From the NCBI RefSeq assembly GCF_001194135.2, contig NC_068989.1, positions 21,009,546 through 21,055,377 on the forward strand: a stretch of 45,832 nt of DNA, given 5' to 3'. The translations under genes and the position numbers were made by a program. This document shows positions 34,201 to 45,832 of the stretch, piece by piece (position 1 is the first letter of the stretch; every line of letters begins with the position of its first letter). This DNA is from Octopus bimaculoides (Eukaryota). Below the pieces are notes generated by a model, which made no database searches, had not been told where the DNA came from, and worked only from the letters and a program-made list of their open reading frames with translations.

Positions 34201-35130
34201 GGCCATGAAACATAATCCTTTCCAATTCTGGCATTGAAATCTTCCAATATGACCAGCTTGTCAGAAATTGGTACTTTCCTCAATAATTGTGCTAGATCAT
34301 CATAAAACTGTTCCACAGTTTCATCATAATGGGACGTTGCTGGTTCATAAATACTAACAACGATAAGAAACCTACTTTTTGTCAGTTTAATACGGCATGA
34401 CATGATCCGTTCAGATATACAACTTTGAAGCCCTGCAATGGAGGATACTAATGTATTTTTGAGAGCAAACCCAACACCAGATTCTCTACGCTCACCCTTA
34501 GGTTGGCCTCTCCAAAGGATAATATATCAAGTAGGTTCATTTACTTGGTCCTCACCAGAAAGACGAATTTCAGAGAGCGCAACTATATCAAGGGAATATT
34601 TCTTAAGCTCACATGCAATAAGTGCAGTACGCCTTTCTGGACTCTTGTTGAAATTATCATCAAGAAGTGTGCGCACATTCCAACATCCCAAATTCAAAGG
34701 ATGTTTCTTTCTTGAAGATTGTTTAACCACAGTGGCAGGATGACGACCGGGTCCAGCCTGTGATACACTGGGACACCTGCCGAGCCAGACCTGTTCCCCT
34801 GACGTTCCCAAGCCTTTTTTGCCATTTACTGAATCTGTTTTGGGACATTTTCGAGTAAGTTACAAGTGCAGTTTTAGGTTTCTTCCAACCAACTAGTTCA
34901 ATGATTTTACTAAGATTTGGAGTACAAGAAGTACCTGTGCAAATGAAAATTTTTTCAGTGGGTATAACTTGCATTGCACTGCCCCCACCAATTGGCCCAA
35001 AAGACTTTCGCTGGTGTGACATGTAAATTGACAAAACCTGGAACTTCCAAGGCCTCAGGTTTTATTTCGGAGATTTCCTTCTCCTAAGTAGATTACCAAC
35101 CAAGGTTAAAGAGCTTCTACCTGCCCATGA
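31275..35130 (-). mobile_element. Near-full-length RTE (BovB-like) LINE: APE endonuclease, RT and C-terminal zinc fingers; frameshifted
   Basis: LGCWNVRTL...PERRTALIACEL...DIVALSEIRL; WMHPRSKHLHLIDY; QCGFRSSRGT...FVDLSKAFDTV; LLYADDC; LRWCGHIVRM. 5' UTR has aggagaaggaaa. The ORF ends at 31322, followed by a (TATG)n tail. Confidence 0.95.
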
Positions 35131-35329
35131 GGTAAGCTATCCCATCCCAGACACCAAACCGACACTCAAACACTGTCTAAAGAGATCAAATATCACTCCG
35201 GGGACCAACGCGCAGTAGCTCATACATAAAAAAAGAAAAAAGAAAAGAAAGGTACGATATGTGATTTGCAAATGTAAATAAGAATTATATATAAATATAA
35301 AAAGTAAAAGATATGCAATAAATATAAAT

Positions 35330-36349
35330 ATGTATAGACTCCGACGTATCGTAGACCGATACAACAAATCCACTAAAAATCATAGTGGAGAGGGGACCCA
35401 TCAACTCAGTCCATCTGTTGACAAAGGCCTACAAAAACTGAGACAGCGAATTAAGAACAGAAAAATAGTGTTCTCCCTACGGACAAATCTGGCAAACTGT
35501 CAATAGACAACCTACAGAACTATATCCAGACCATGTAACAAAAAATCAGTAGCATGAGAGAAGTTGCACCACAGGAACATGAAAGACGAGAAAAACTCCA
35601 CAATGCACACATGGGAATGTGGTGCAACATACTCCAACCTATGAAAAGGACGGCACACAATTTCCAAGCATCCAAAGACTACAAACCCTACATAAACCCT
35701 GTCATGGGTCCTCCAACCAGACCAGTTTTCGGAGCGAATATCTCCAGCAACTATAGACTGTCCTACTTCCTCTCACAGGTATTACGACCTCTCATAGAGA
35801 TGTCTCTAGATGTCTGTGTGAGCACGGAAGATCTCCTCAGTAAAATGAGTACTTGCAACCACTCCAACGACCTCACAGGTTGTGTAGTGTGCAGTATGGA
35901 TGTGATTTTGCTATGGAGAAATGCATTCAGGTAATCTGTGAGAGTACAGTGAATTTCTGTAATGTTGACACGAGGGGAATGGGCCTCCTCCTCAGACTAA
36001 GCTACGACAGTGACTATTTAGATGACCATGACCTCAGTAGATTCTGCCGCACCAGGTCACAGAGGGGAAGATCACCCACCATCGCTTCAGCAGTGAAAAA
36101 AAAGCATCACAGAACACTGGAGTGGCTGCACCACATGCACCCGCCCAAAACCCTGAGAACAACAATCAGGTGAAAGGAATGATTGCACATGCAATAGGGG
36201 CCAGTGTAAAAACCACCTTGAAGAACTACATAGTAAAGTTTAATAAAAAACTATACATGCAGGTTCAAGGTTCAGCCATCGGTGTCGGTGTAGCAGGAGA
36301 TGTGGCTGGCTTCTTTATGACCTCGTGGGACAGAAAACTTAAGCAAATG

Positions 36350-36350
<1 letters not shown>
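35330..36350 (+). mobile_element. Penelope-like element reverse-transcriptase fragment
   Basis: PPTRPVFGAN...LSYFLSQVLRPL...CSMDV; LKNYIVKFNKKLYMQVQGSAIGVGVAGDVAGFFM (PLE RT Q..G.A.G motif). Confidence 0.8.
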
Positions 36351-36389
<39 letters not shown>

Positions 36390-36649
36390 TGTGTGTTTAC
36401 ATAAAAGTGTTCAAATTAGGTAGTAAAATAAGCTCATAACTGTTTATATATTCTTCAGAAATCATAATTGTTTAGAGAAATGATCAACTTTTTTATCTTC
36501 ATCTCCAATCTTGTATATATATAAAACTACAGAAAGCCTTGCGCTTTACTTTTGAAAATCTTTTTTTTTAAACAAGTGAAACCCGTCAAGTCAATAAACA
36601 TCTTTAAAATACCTCTGCATTTTCAAATCCTCTTTCCTATATCTATATT

Positions 36650-36651
36650 TA

Positions 36652-36730
<79 letters not shown>

Positions 36731-36752
36731 ATATGTGTGTGTGTGTGTGTGT
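36650..36752. repeat. (TATC)n and (TG)n microsatellite
   Basis: Direct reading. Confidence 0.95.
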
Positions 36753-37011
36753 GATAGTGGATTTTCATCGATGAGTTCTTGAAACTTGGTTATTTTCCCT
36801 AAAACTATATATTTTATATATATTTTATCTATAAAGCTCAATTTAATTTAAATTTTTTATAAATTGATTTTAATTGAGTTTTTACCTGTAATTTTGGATT
36901 TTGTCNNNNNNNNNNNNNNNNNNNNNNNNNNNNNNNNNNNNNNNNNNNNNNNNNNNNNNNNNNNNNNNNNNNNNNNNNNNNNNNNNNNNNNNNNNNNNNN
37001 NNNNNNNNNNN

Positions 37012-37046
<35 letters not shown>

Positions 37047-37251
37047 ACATACATACATAGATACATACGTAATTGAATTGTATGAGGAATAATTATCTGA
37101 AAGTGGAACTCTACAAGACTTCATACCAGATATATATCTATTACCAGATTACGTTGTTGTTTTTTTAATGTAATTCTATAAAGAATGCTTGTAAATAACA
37201 AGAGAAAAGCATGGATGTATACTTGTATATATCCATACACACATACACACA

Positions 37252-37285
<34 letters not shown>

Positions 37286-37346
37286 ATACATACATAATAC
37301 ATACATACATAAATACATACATACATATATACAAACATACATATGT

Positions 37347-37524
37347 AGGGCTTTGTTTAAATTCCAATAAAAGTGTCATGTTTCTTGGTCAATAAGTAAT
37401 ATTCTCTCTATTAGTGAGAAACTATACAAATAGGGCTTTAGGGCTTTGTTTAAATTCCAATAAAAGTGTCATGTTTTTTGGTCAATAAGCAATATTCTCT
37501 CTATTAGTGAGAAACTATACAAAT
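37347..37524. repeat. Near-perfect 85-bp tandem duplication
   Basis: 37347-37431 and 37440-37524 differ at 2 positions and are separated by agggcttt. Confidence 0.9.
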
Positions 37525-37544
37525 AATAACACTTGAACATTTAT

Positions 37545-37705
37545 AGGTGTATGAGTGTCTGTGTGGTAAGTAGCTTGCTTACGAACCACATGGTTCCGGG
37601 TTCAGTCCAACTGCGTGGCACCTTGGGCAAGTGTCTTCTACTATAGTCTCGGGCCGACCAAAGCCTTGAGTAGATTTGGTAGACGGAAACTGAAAGAAGT
37701 CCGTC

Positions 37706-37756
<51 letters not shown>

Positions 37757-37985
37757 CATACATACATACATATATGCATGTGTGTGTGTGTTTGTGCATC
37801 TGTGTCTGTCCACCCAACATCGCTTGACAACCGATGCTGGTGTGTTTACGTCCCCATAACTTAGCGGTTCTGCAAAAGACCGATAAGAATAAGTCCTGGG
37901 GTCGATTTGCTCGACTAAAGCCGGTGCTCCAGCATGGCCACAGTCAAATGACTGAAACAAGTAAAAGAGTAAAAGAGTAAAAGAG
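37545..37985 (+). mobile_element. tRNA-derived SINE with an internal microsatellite and a CR1-like tail
   Basis: gtgtggtaag...ggttccgggttcagtcc head, ccttgggcaagtgtctt block, internal (TA)n/(TG)n, tail gtgctccagcatggccacag...ctgaaac and (GTAAAAGA)n. Confidence 0.9.
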
Positions 37986-38329
37986 TACACATAAATATCA
38001 ATAAAAATATATACATGTTTTTTGCCTATATACATACGAAACTCGTATGTATATCCACCTGAGGGCGTTGCGCAAGCTTACTTGCTTCGATGACGACCCC
38101 AGACCAGGTACTTTTATAACAACAACAGCAACAACAGCAACAACAACAACAATAATAATGATAAATTTAATAATAAACCAGACCGCATAGACAATACTGC
38201 TAGGGGAATACGCACCACTATCAAGGTTAACAGGCCGATTAATAATTATGCTGCAAATATCGGCAACAACACAAATAAAAAGGAAGATAAATATAAAACA
38301 ATATAAAAGTTCTACACTCAAACCCCTGT

Positions 38330-38450
38330 CTGATCATGGGGATAGTAAGCATACCGTATACAAAGGTAAAAAGAGGAAGAAACGTGATGTAATACGGTAT
38401 AACTCTCCCTTCAACTATGTAAGTATTACCGATTATCCTCCCGTAGAAAC
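38330..38450 (+). mobile_element. Penelope-like linker fragment
   Basis: KRKKRDVIRYNSPFN resembles the RKR.IIWFNPPF motif between RT and GIY-YIG. Confidence 0.4.
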
Positions 38451-40594
38451 GTGAGAGTCTCCTACTTAACGATCCCCAATCTAGGTACTGTTATAAATGG
38501 CCTGAATAAGAAACACTGATTCTGGGCCAGAAGTACTAATAATCCCTCTTGCACCACCGCTACCAATAAAGATCACAATCGGAAAACAACAATAATAATA
38601 TTAACATTCAACATTTCTCTACCAACAATAATATTATATACAACAGCACCAACAGCAAGCTTAACAACAGTCAGCCAACCACAGAAAGGGACAGTATGAC
38701 TGCAAATTATGCCACAGCTACCCATAGTAGCTTTAAATTTTAAACTCCATAAAGTTTAGTCCTGCTTTAGATTTTAAACTCCATAAAGTTTAATCCTATT
38801 ATTTGATGGCCTTCAGACTTCCTCACCCTTATTTTCGACCAATATCCACCGAATACCTCAAAATTTCGCTGTTTATCTATCTCCCTCATTTGGCTTTTTA
38901 CCATTAGCTACAGAATCATATACACCGACCTAATGCCTGATCGACTCGTATGCTTTAATTTTCAATATCATTCATTTTATTTTTATTCTTTCCTCCACTC
39001 TTACGTCCGATTTAGCTATCTTCCTTTCTCTCTCATCCTTATATGCTTTATGATCCCTCTTTATATACCACAACTCATAGCCTACTATTACAAATTATCT
39101 CCTACAACCTACTCAAGCCTACTCCTCTTGATCTAGTCCAGCTGACGCCTCACCCGGGTCCTTGACCTTACATATCAAATTACGCACTGCATTCTTAACG
39201 ACCAAAATAGTAGGTCTTTCTTCCATTCATTGTTGGTCTCGACAGACAGATCCCTGCTATATTCTTGGATATTCTTTTGTTTTGTAAAATCAGTTCTTAT
39301 CTGGTTATTACGGTCCTTTATAATGATGTAATGGTCTCATTCTTTTGTTAATAGTTACGAAAGATACAACCGTAATGAGCTGAAAATTATCCACCGTATG
39401 TTATTATTCATTTGATATATATATATATATCTTCGAAACGCCTGTATTAGAATGGAGGCAGCTGATGAAGGATATGTTCTCTATGTGGCCTGCTCGATTT
39501 TGTACCTTGTTTATCATTTTGTCCATGTCCTTTTCCAACGTCATGTACCCAGATATGTATCTATATGTACATGTAGATGAAGGTATGTACATACATGTAC
39601 ATATATATGCATATACTCATATATTGTTTGTATCACACGATCGAACGCACACGTTATCTTTACACAGTAAGTTTTGAACTATATATATATATATATATAT
39701 ATATATNNNNNNNNNNNNNNNNNNNNNNNNNNNNNNNNNNNNNNNNNNNNNNNNNNNNNNNNNNNNNNNNNNNNNNNNNNNNNNNNNNNNNNNNNNNNNN
39801 NNNNNNNNNNNNNNNNNNNNNNNNNNNNNNNNNNNNNNNNNNNNNNNNNNNNNNNNNNNNNNNNNNNNNNNNNNNNNNNNNNNNNNNNNNNNNNNNNNNN
39901 NNNNNNNNNNNNNNNNNNNNNNNNNNNNNNNNNNNNNNNNNNNNNNNNNNNNNNNNNNNNNNNNNNNNNNNNNNNNNNNNNNNNNNNNNNNNNNNNNNNN
40001 NNNNNNNNNNNNNNNNNNNNNNNNNNNNNNNNNNNNNNNNNNNNNNNNNNNNNNNNNNNNNNNNNNNNNNNNNNNNNNNNNNNNNNNNNNNNNNNNNNNN
40101 NNNNNNNNNNNNNNNNNNNNNNNNNNNNNNNNNNNNNNNNNNNNNNNNNNNNNNNNNNNNNNNNNNNNNNNNNNNNNNNNNNNNNNNNNNNNNNNNNNNN
40201 NNNNNNNNNNNNNNNNNNNNNNNNNNNNNNNNNNNNNNNNNNNNNNNNNNNNNNNNNNNNNNNNNNNNNNNNNNNNNNNNNNNNNNNNNNNNNNNNNNNN
40301 NNNNNNNNNNNNNNNNNNNNNNNNNNNNNNNNNNNNNNNNNNNNNNNNNNNNNNNNNNNNNNNNNNNNNNNNNNNNNNNNNNNNNNNNNGAGGGTGAGGA
40401 GAGGGAGGGATGAGGAAGGGGTTGGGAGGGGAGAGGGAGGGGGGAAGATATGGGGAAGAGAGCATGTTTTGCCGTTTGTCACCTTGAATACTGTTGCTTA
40501 CGACTCTGTAGACAGTTCGGCAAGAGAAGATTGAATAAGTATCAAACTTAACTTAATTTACGAAACGAATAAGAGATGAAAGTTTTGGGTTGAC

Positions 40595-40757
40595 GAGAGT
40601 CGATTACATTGACCCCATTGCTCCACTGGTACTTGATTTATCGACATCGAAAGTATGAAAGGCAAAATCGATCTCGGCGTAATTTGAGTTCATCGCATAA
40701 TGAGTCAGAAGGAATGACGCTATTTTGTCACGAGGAGCTAACAATTCTACCAGCGTT
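40595..40757 (-). mobile_element. SINE (family of 11614), degenerate
   Basis: gtcgattacattgacccca...tgaaaggcaaaatcgatctcggcg is the reverse complement of the SINE body. Confidence 0.75.
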
Positions 40758-41224
40758 TTAACCAATAAGTAAATAAGTGACTTTCAACGTAATGCACCAG
40801 TATTGTCAGTTACATAAGTTTAATAGTAAAAGAATAAACGATATGTGTTAGTATGTTGTGTGGTTACGTGTTTGTGTGTACATATGTATGGGTGGGAATG
40901 AATAATATTTAATGATCACGTAACTGGGTTGACCTACATAATGTAAATAGTAATATATATATGTTTTGCTATATTCTGAAACAAATCTCATCAAATGTCC
41001 ATTAGTTTCTACAAAGATATTTTTATAGGCGTTTACCTATGTATGTATTTTATTATTTTGCATTTTCTCATAGACTGAGAATGCTCTCATTCAAATTTTA
41101 ACAATTAGAGCTAGATATTCATGTATGTGTGTAAATTTTATTTATTCTTTGTAAAATTGAGTCGGTCACTAATACTAATCATATGTTTGTATATATGTAT
41201 GTATTATGTATGTATGTATTTATG

Positions 41225-42170
41225 TATTTTTATTTATGGGTTTCAGCCAAGTGGCTGTGGTCATGCTGGAGCACTACCGTGACTTTCCGTCTTTATGCTG
41301 TGCTCTCTTCACGTTCCTTGCATGGCTCTTCTCCACCACCTGATATAGTCCAATCAATAGTTTTGATGGCACATCTGGTGTATAAGAGAATTTGACATCA
41401 CTGCCCTAAACTGTGTCTCATTTCGAGCTATTGGTTTGTCTGGTATCGTGGAGAGGAAAGCGTCGAATTTTGTCTTGAAGACATCTATATCCATGGCTTG
41501 CAGGTCTCTCAAATGTTTTGGCAGGGCATTAAAGAGCTGAGGTCCTCTGAAACTGAGGTTGTTGCAGTACCTCGTTCTTATGTGAGATGCAGTGGACGGC
41601 ACCTTTGGTACTATGCAGTGGCGACCTGTGCGGGCATTCTTGTAGTACTTGATGCCAAAGTTTGGCACTAGTCCTTCCAGTATTTTCCATATGTATATTA
41701 TTACAAATCTCTCCCGCCTGCGCTCCAGGGAGTAGATACCTAGTGCTTTCAGTCGCTCCCTGTAGTTCATCTGTTGGACTGTGGCGATCTTTTTTGTATA
41801 GTGACGCTGAATTGCCTCGAGTTCTGCTGTCCGCTGGACAATGTGTGGTGACCACAACTGAGAGTAATAGTCGAGACGGCTCAGAACAAATGTCTTCCAT
41901 AGAGTCATGACTTTTTGATCCCTTGTTCGGAATGTCCTCAGTATCCACCCTGCCAGTTGTCTGCACTTTGCTGTCAACTAGACAATGTGCATGTGAAATG
42001 ATGCATCACTACACATGTTGATGCCCAGGTCTCTTACTGTTTGTGGTTCTGGAATTGCAGTACCTCCAGGTCCTGTGTATGCCAGTCGGGAGGCACTTGT
42101 GGCCTTGTAGCGCAGTACTTGACATTTTTTTGCGTTGAACTGCATATTATTTTGCTCTGCCCAATATGTC
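41225..42170 (-). mobile_element. CR1/L2-group LINE 3' portion with 3' UTR
   Basis: WAEQNNMQFNAKKCQVL...VRDLG; FVLSRLDYYSQLWSP...LEAIQRHYTK...YRERLKALGIYSLERRRER; 3' UTR ending at about 41230. Confidence 0.9.
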
Positions 42171-42175
42171 TGCAT

Positions 42176-42245
42176 GAATGTATGTATGTATGTATTTATG
42201 TATGTATGTATGTATGTATGTATGTATGTATGTATGTATGTATGT
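42176..42245. repeat. (TATG)n microsatellite at the CR1 truncation point
   Basis: Direct reading. Confidence 0.95.
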
Positions 42246-42725
42246 TTGTAACCCAGTAGACCTTTATTGCATGGTCGGTCGTGCATAACCACCAAGTCCA
42301 CTTAGAGGGTAAACTAGTTTTTGGACGCCCTGCGAAGTGAAAAACTAGACCTGTCAAAGGGTGGATGAAGCCAAGGAGCGTCAAAAGCAATCCAATCAAA
42401 ACCGTAGCGACCGAGTGACCCGTAGATGTTGTCACAATATCTTTCTAGGAAGGAAACGTTTGAAGTAAAACCTGCGGTTTCACGCCTTTACTGGTCATTT
42501 TCATTTCATCTACCCAAAGTTCGATGGGAATGAAAGTGTTGTGACAGAAGTGAAATTATCCAGTTGGAAACGCACAGATATGGAGATCTCAAGCGGGACC
42601 ACATAGTCATCTCAGACGTGAAAGGAAAGTTAGTAATGCTATTGGCAACGACAAATCAAAATGAAATGTCAACTCTCTTTGAAGATGGAGTAATCAGCAC
42701 GTGTGTATGTGTGTATTTATGTATA

Positions 42726-42885
42726 CTCTTTACTCTTTAGTCGCAGAAATTGATCTCAGGACTTATTATTTGCAAACTTAGTACTTATTCTATCGGGCTT
42801 TTTTGCCGAACCGCTAGTTTTCGGAGATATAAACACGCCAACTTTTGTTGTCAAGCGATGGTGGGGGAACAAACACAGACATAAA

Positions 42886-42927
<42 letters not shown>

Positions 42928-43105
42928 AATACACACACACATATATATACGGCAAGTTTCTTTCAGTTTCCGTCTACCAAATCCACTCACAAGGCCTTGA
43001 TCCGAGGCTGTTGTAGAAGACACTTGCCTAAGGTGTCACGCAGTGGGACTGACCCCGGAACCATGTGGTGGAAAAGCAAGTTTCTTACCACGCAACCACG
43101 CCTGT
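42726..43105 (-). mobile_element. SINE (family of 37545)
   Basis: Reverse-complement match including tttcagtttccgtctaccaaatcc and agaagacacttgcc. Confidence 0.9.
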
Positions 43106-43769
43106 ATGTATGTTTGTTTGAATGTGTGCATGTAGGTATATATGAATGTTAGGTCGCTCTTACTACTACTGGTAACATGTAACCCAATACAACAAGCCGC
43201 ATAGTGTGGCCGTCGGCAAATGAACCGATAGCCTTACCAAGCCTACTTCAGGAGAGTCAACAGCCATTTAACTGCAACAAGAGCCCTAATCTTTCTTCGG
43301 ACATCATTAGAAGAAAAGAATCCCAAAATAACATCTGACCCATTACAAAACCGGACATGTTGCTCCTGCTTGATTTTGAATTACTTGGCTGTATAGGTGA
43401 TAGTCTGATCGGAGTTGTGCAATCTGATATTAAGACAGGCGTTATTCTCAGTCATTGTCTTTAACATCTTAGGATAAGATAATTACTTTTTCCACCATGT
43501 ATCTATGCATTTACGAATTTTTATTTCTAGGTTAATTTTGCATAATCTTGTGTGTGTGAGAGAGAGAGAGAGTGAGAGAGTGACAGACAGACAGACAGAG
43601 ACAGAGATTATGTAAATGCGTATGGATGTGTGTTAATGATGACATAGAATTATCTTAGAAGATTCTGTGTGATACAATGCACTCTGAATAGTGTAGAGGT
43701 TCTTGGATTTCCTGCTCGCAAGCATCAAAATTTGTTCAGTGATAACAGCACAGATATCCAGCAGTTGAT

Positions 43770-45832
43770 AGATAAAATGCACATCTCTCACAAAATATAG
43801 ATAAATAATAAGAGGTCATCCAGAAAAGAGAATGCTCATATGAAATGCAGAGGCCAGGTCCAACGTGCTCTGAGAGAGATGAAGGAGACTTGGTGGTCTT
43901 CCAAGGCTACTAAACTCCAACAAGCTGTAGACAGAAAGAATTCTAACACTTTTTATGATGGCCCCGAGAAAGTGTATGGTCCTCAAGAGCACGGTGTTAT
44001 TCCTGTCTTTTTCATGCAATAGAGAGACACTGTTAACTGACAAATCTGACATCCTGAAACGATGGAAAGAACATTTTGAAGCCGTGTTGAACTCCGTCTC
44101 TGTCACTAATGACAACATCATAGTGGCTGTTCCACAGCACACTGAAATACCGGAACTGTCTCAGGAGCCAAGCTTCCTGGAAATGGTAGACTGTTAAACA
44201 GATCTCATCTAGTGAAGCAACTGGCAGGGATGTTGTTCCTCCTGAAATCTACAAGCATGTGGACAGAAACTTCTTAAGAATTTGCATGATTTCTTCATAA
44301 ATATTTGGATGGTAGGCCGTGTATCACATGACTTAAAGGATGTCTCAATTCAACATCTTTATAAGAAGAAAGGAAACAGATGTGTCTGTGATAACCATCG
44401 TGGGATATTGCTTCTGTCTATTGCTGGTAAGATTACTAAACTCTTCCTTGGCAGGATCATCAAACACATTGTGAACGATGCCTATCCTGAATCACAGTGC
44501 GGATTTCGCTTTGGCTATGACACTATCAACATGATTTTTTCCCTTCGACAGGTCATGGAAAAGGTACGGGAGAAAAATCAATAGTTGTTCACGATATTCG
44601 TTGACCTGATTAAGGCCTTCGAGACTGTTAGTCGGCAAACACTATGGAAAGTGCTGAAAAAGCTTGGTATACCTGGCGAGATGTTGAATGTTATCAACTC
44701 CTTTCATCAGGTAATGAAGGCAGCTGTCGTGTCCGGTGAGGAATCTTCGGCTTCCTTCGACGTTACAATCGACACGAAGCAAGGTTGTGTTATGTCTCCA
44801 GTTTTGTTTGCACGCTTCTTTTTAGTGATGCTGAGGTATGCTTTTGGCGACATACAAAGTGGTGTCAAATTCCAGTATAGAACAAGTGGTGGACTATTCA
44901 ATCATCAGCGTTTCAAAGCCAAAACACTGCTATGCACCAGTATCATTCGTGATCTACTTTTTGCAGTTGATGCTGCACTAGTAGCGACCTCTTTAGAGGA
45001 AGCTCAGGAACTTCTAGACCAGTTTTCTGCTGCATATAAAGCTTTTGATTTGACCATTAGCACAAAGAAGACGGAAGTAATCCACCAACATTGCCCTACT
45101 CCTAAACAAATTCGAGGTGTCAGGCATAAGCAACCGGTTCATAATTTTCATGACACTCCTATACAGGTTGATGGGAAAAAACTAAATTATGTGAAGTCAT
45201 TTGCATATCTTGGTTGTAAAGTGAATTCGAGCGCATCCCTTAATGATGAAATCGTTAACCGTCTTGCAAAGCAGTCATTCTTACTACTCTCTTGTATGGC
45301 GCAGAATCGTGGATACCTTATAGACAACACATTAACCAACTAGACATCTTCCACAAAGGCTGTCTGAGCATAATCTGCGGTTATTCACTAAAATATAGTT
45401 TCTAATACCGACCTATTTAGCAAGTGTAAAATTGGTGAATCGAGAGTTTCCCTATACAATTATAATTACGCAGGAATGGCCAGGTCGTCAGAATGATTGA
45501 CGAGAGAATACTCGAAGTCCTCATGTACAGCCATCTTGAGAGTAAGATCAGAAATGTTGGTCGACCATGGTTCACATATAAGGACAAGATGAAGAGTAAC
45601 CGCTTAGCAATGAAGAAAGCTCACAACACCTTTGACCGAAAAGCCTTCGAGAGAAAAAAGTGGAGATCGTTGTGTCAAAATGTTATTAGAAACTTTGTCG
45701 CAACCACCATTAATGGGCTTCGGGGTGCAAGGCAAAGGAGAAAAGAGGCTGCAAGTATACCATCTGCACTGACATATAATCCTCATACTTGCAGGATCTG
45801 TGTGCTTTTTTGAAAATCGTTGGTGGGTCATA
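43770..45832 (+). mobile_element. 5'-truncated, degenerate RTE (BovB-like) LINE running off the window end
   Basis: ILKRWKEHFEAVLN; NHRGILLLSIAGK; PESQCGFR; FVDLIKAFETV; KQGCVMSP; DLLFAVD (degenerate YADD); GRPWFTYKD. Internal deletion near 45270-45470. Confidence 0.92.

Noticed and set aside
40390-40460. G-quadruplex-like purine tract
   Set aside because: Low-complexity sequence next to a gap; no functional context.
1-45832. CRISPR arrays, rRNA genes or prokaryotic operons
   Set aside because: None seen; introns, SINEs/LINEs and microsatellites indicate animal nuclear DNA.

Overview
AT-rich, gap-containing animal genomic DNA; the SINE/LINE families look like those of a coleoid cephalopod, probably Octopus (recalled, not verified). 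One host gene is readable: a + strand cholinesterase-family gene. Its large catalytic exon runs from a gap at 18801 to 19962 and the next exon is 24213-24397. It has several candidate last exons, the best being a distal GPI-signal exon at 29085-29173. The catalytic triad is intact but most visible aromatic gorge residues are replaced. A paralogous copy of the same 3' exon region at 335-780, and a degenerate third copy near 3081-3197, point to a tandem cholinesterase-like cluster. The rest is transposon debris: Ty3/Gypsy, Tx1/L1-like, R4/Dong-type, RTE, CR1, Penelope-like elements with hammerhead ribozyme motifs, SINEs, a mariner MITE and microsatellites. The most unusual signal is at 7655-11857, where three Tx1-like ORF1 elements and a SINE sharing their tail are stacked at one repeated 13-bp target motif. 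One of these elements shows a strong A->G excess over its neighbour, suggestive of ADAR editing fixed by retrotransposition. All alignments and counts were done by hand.
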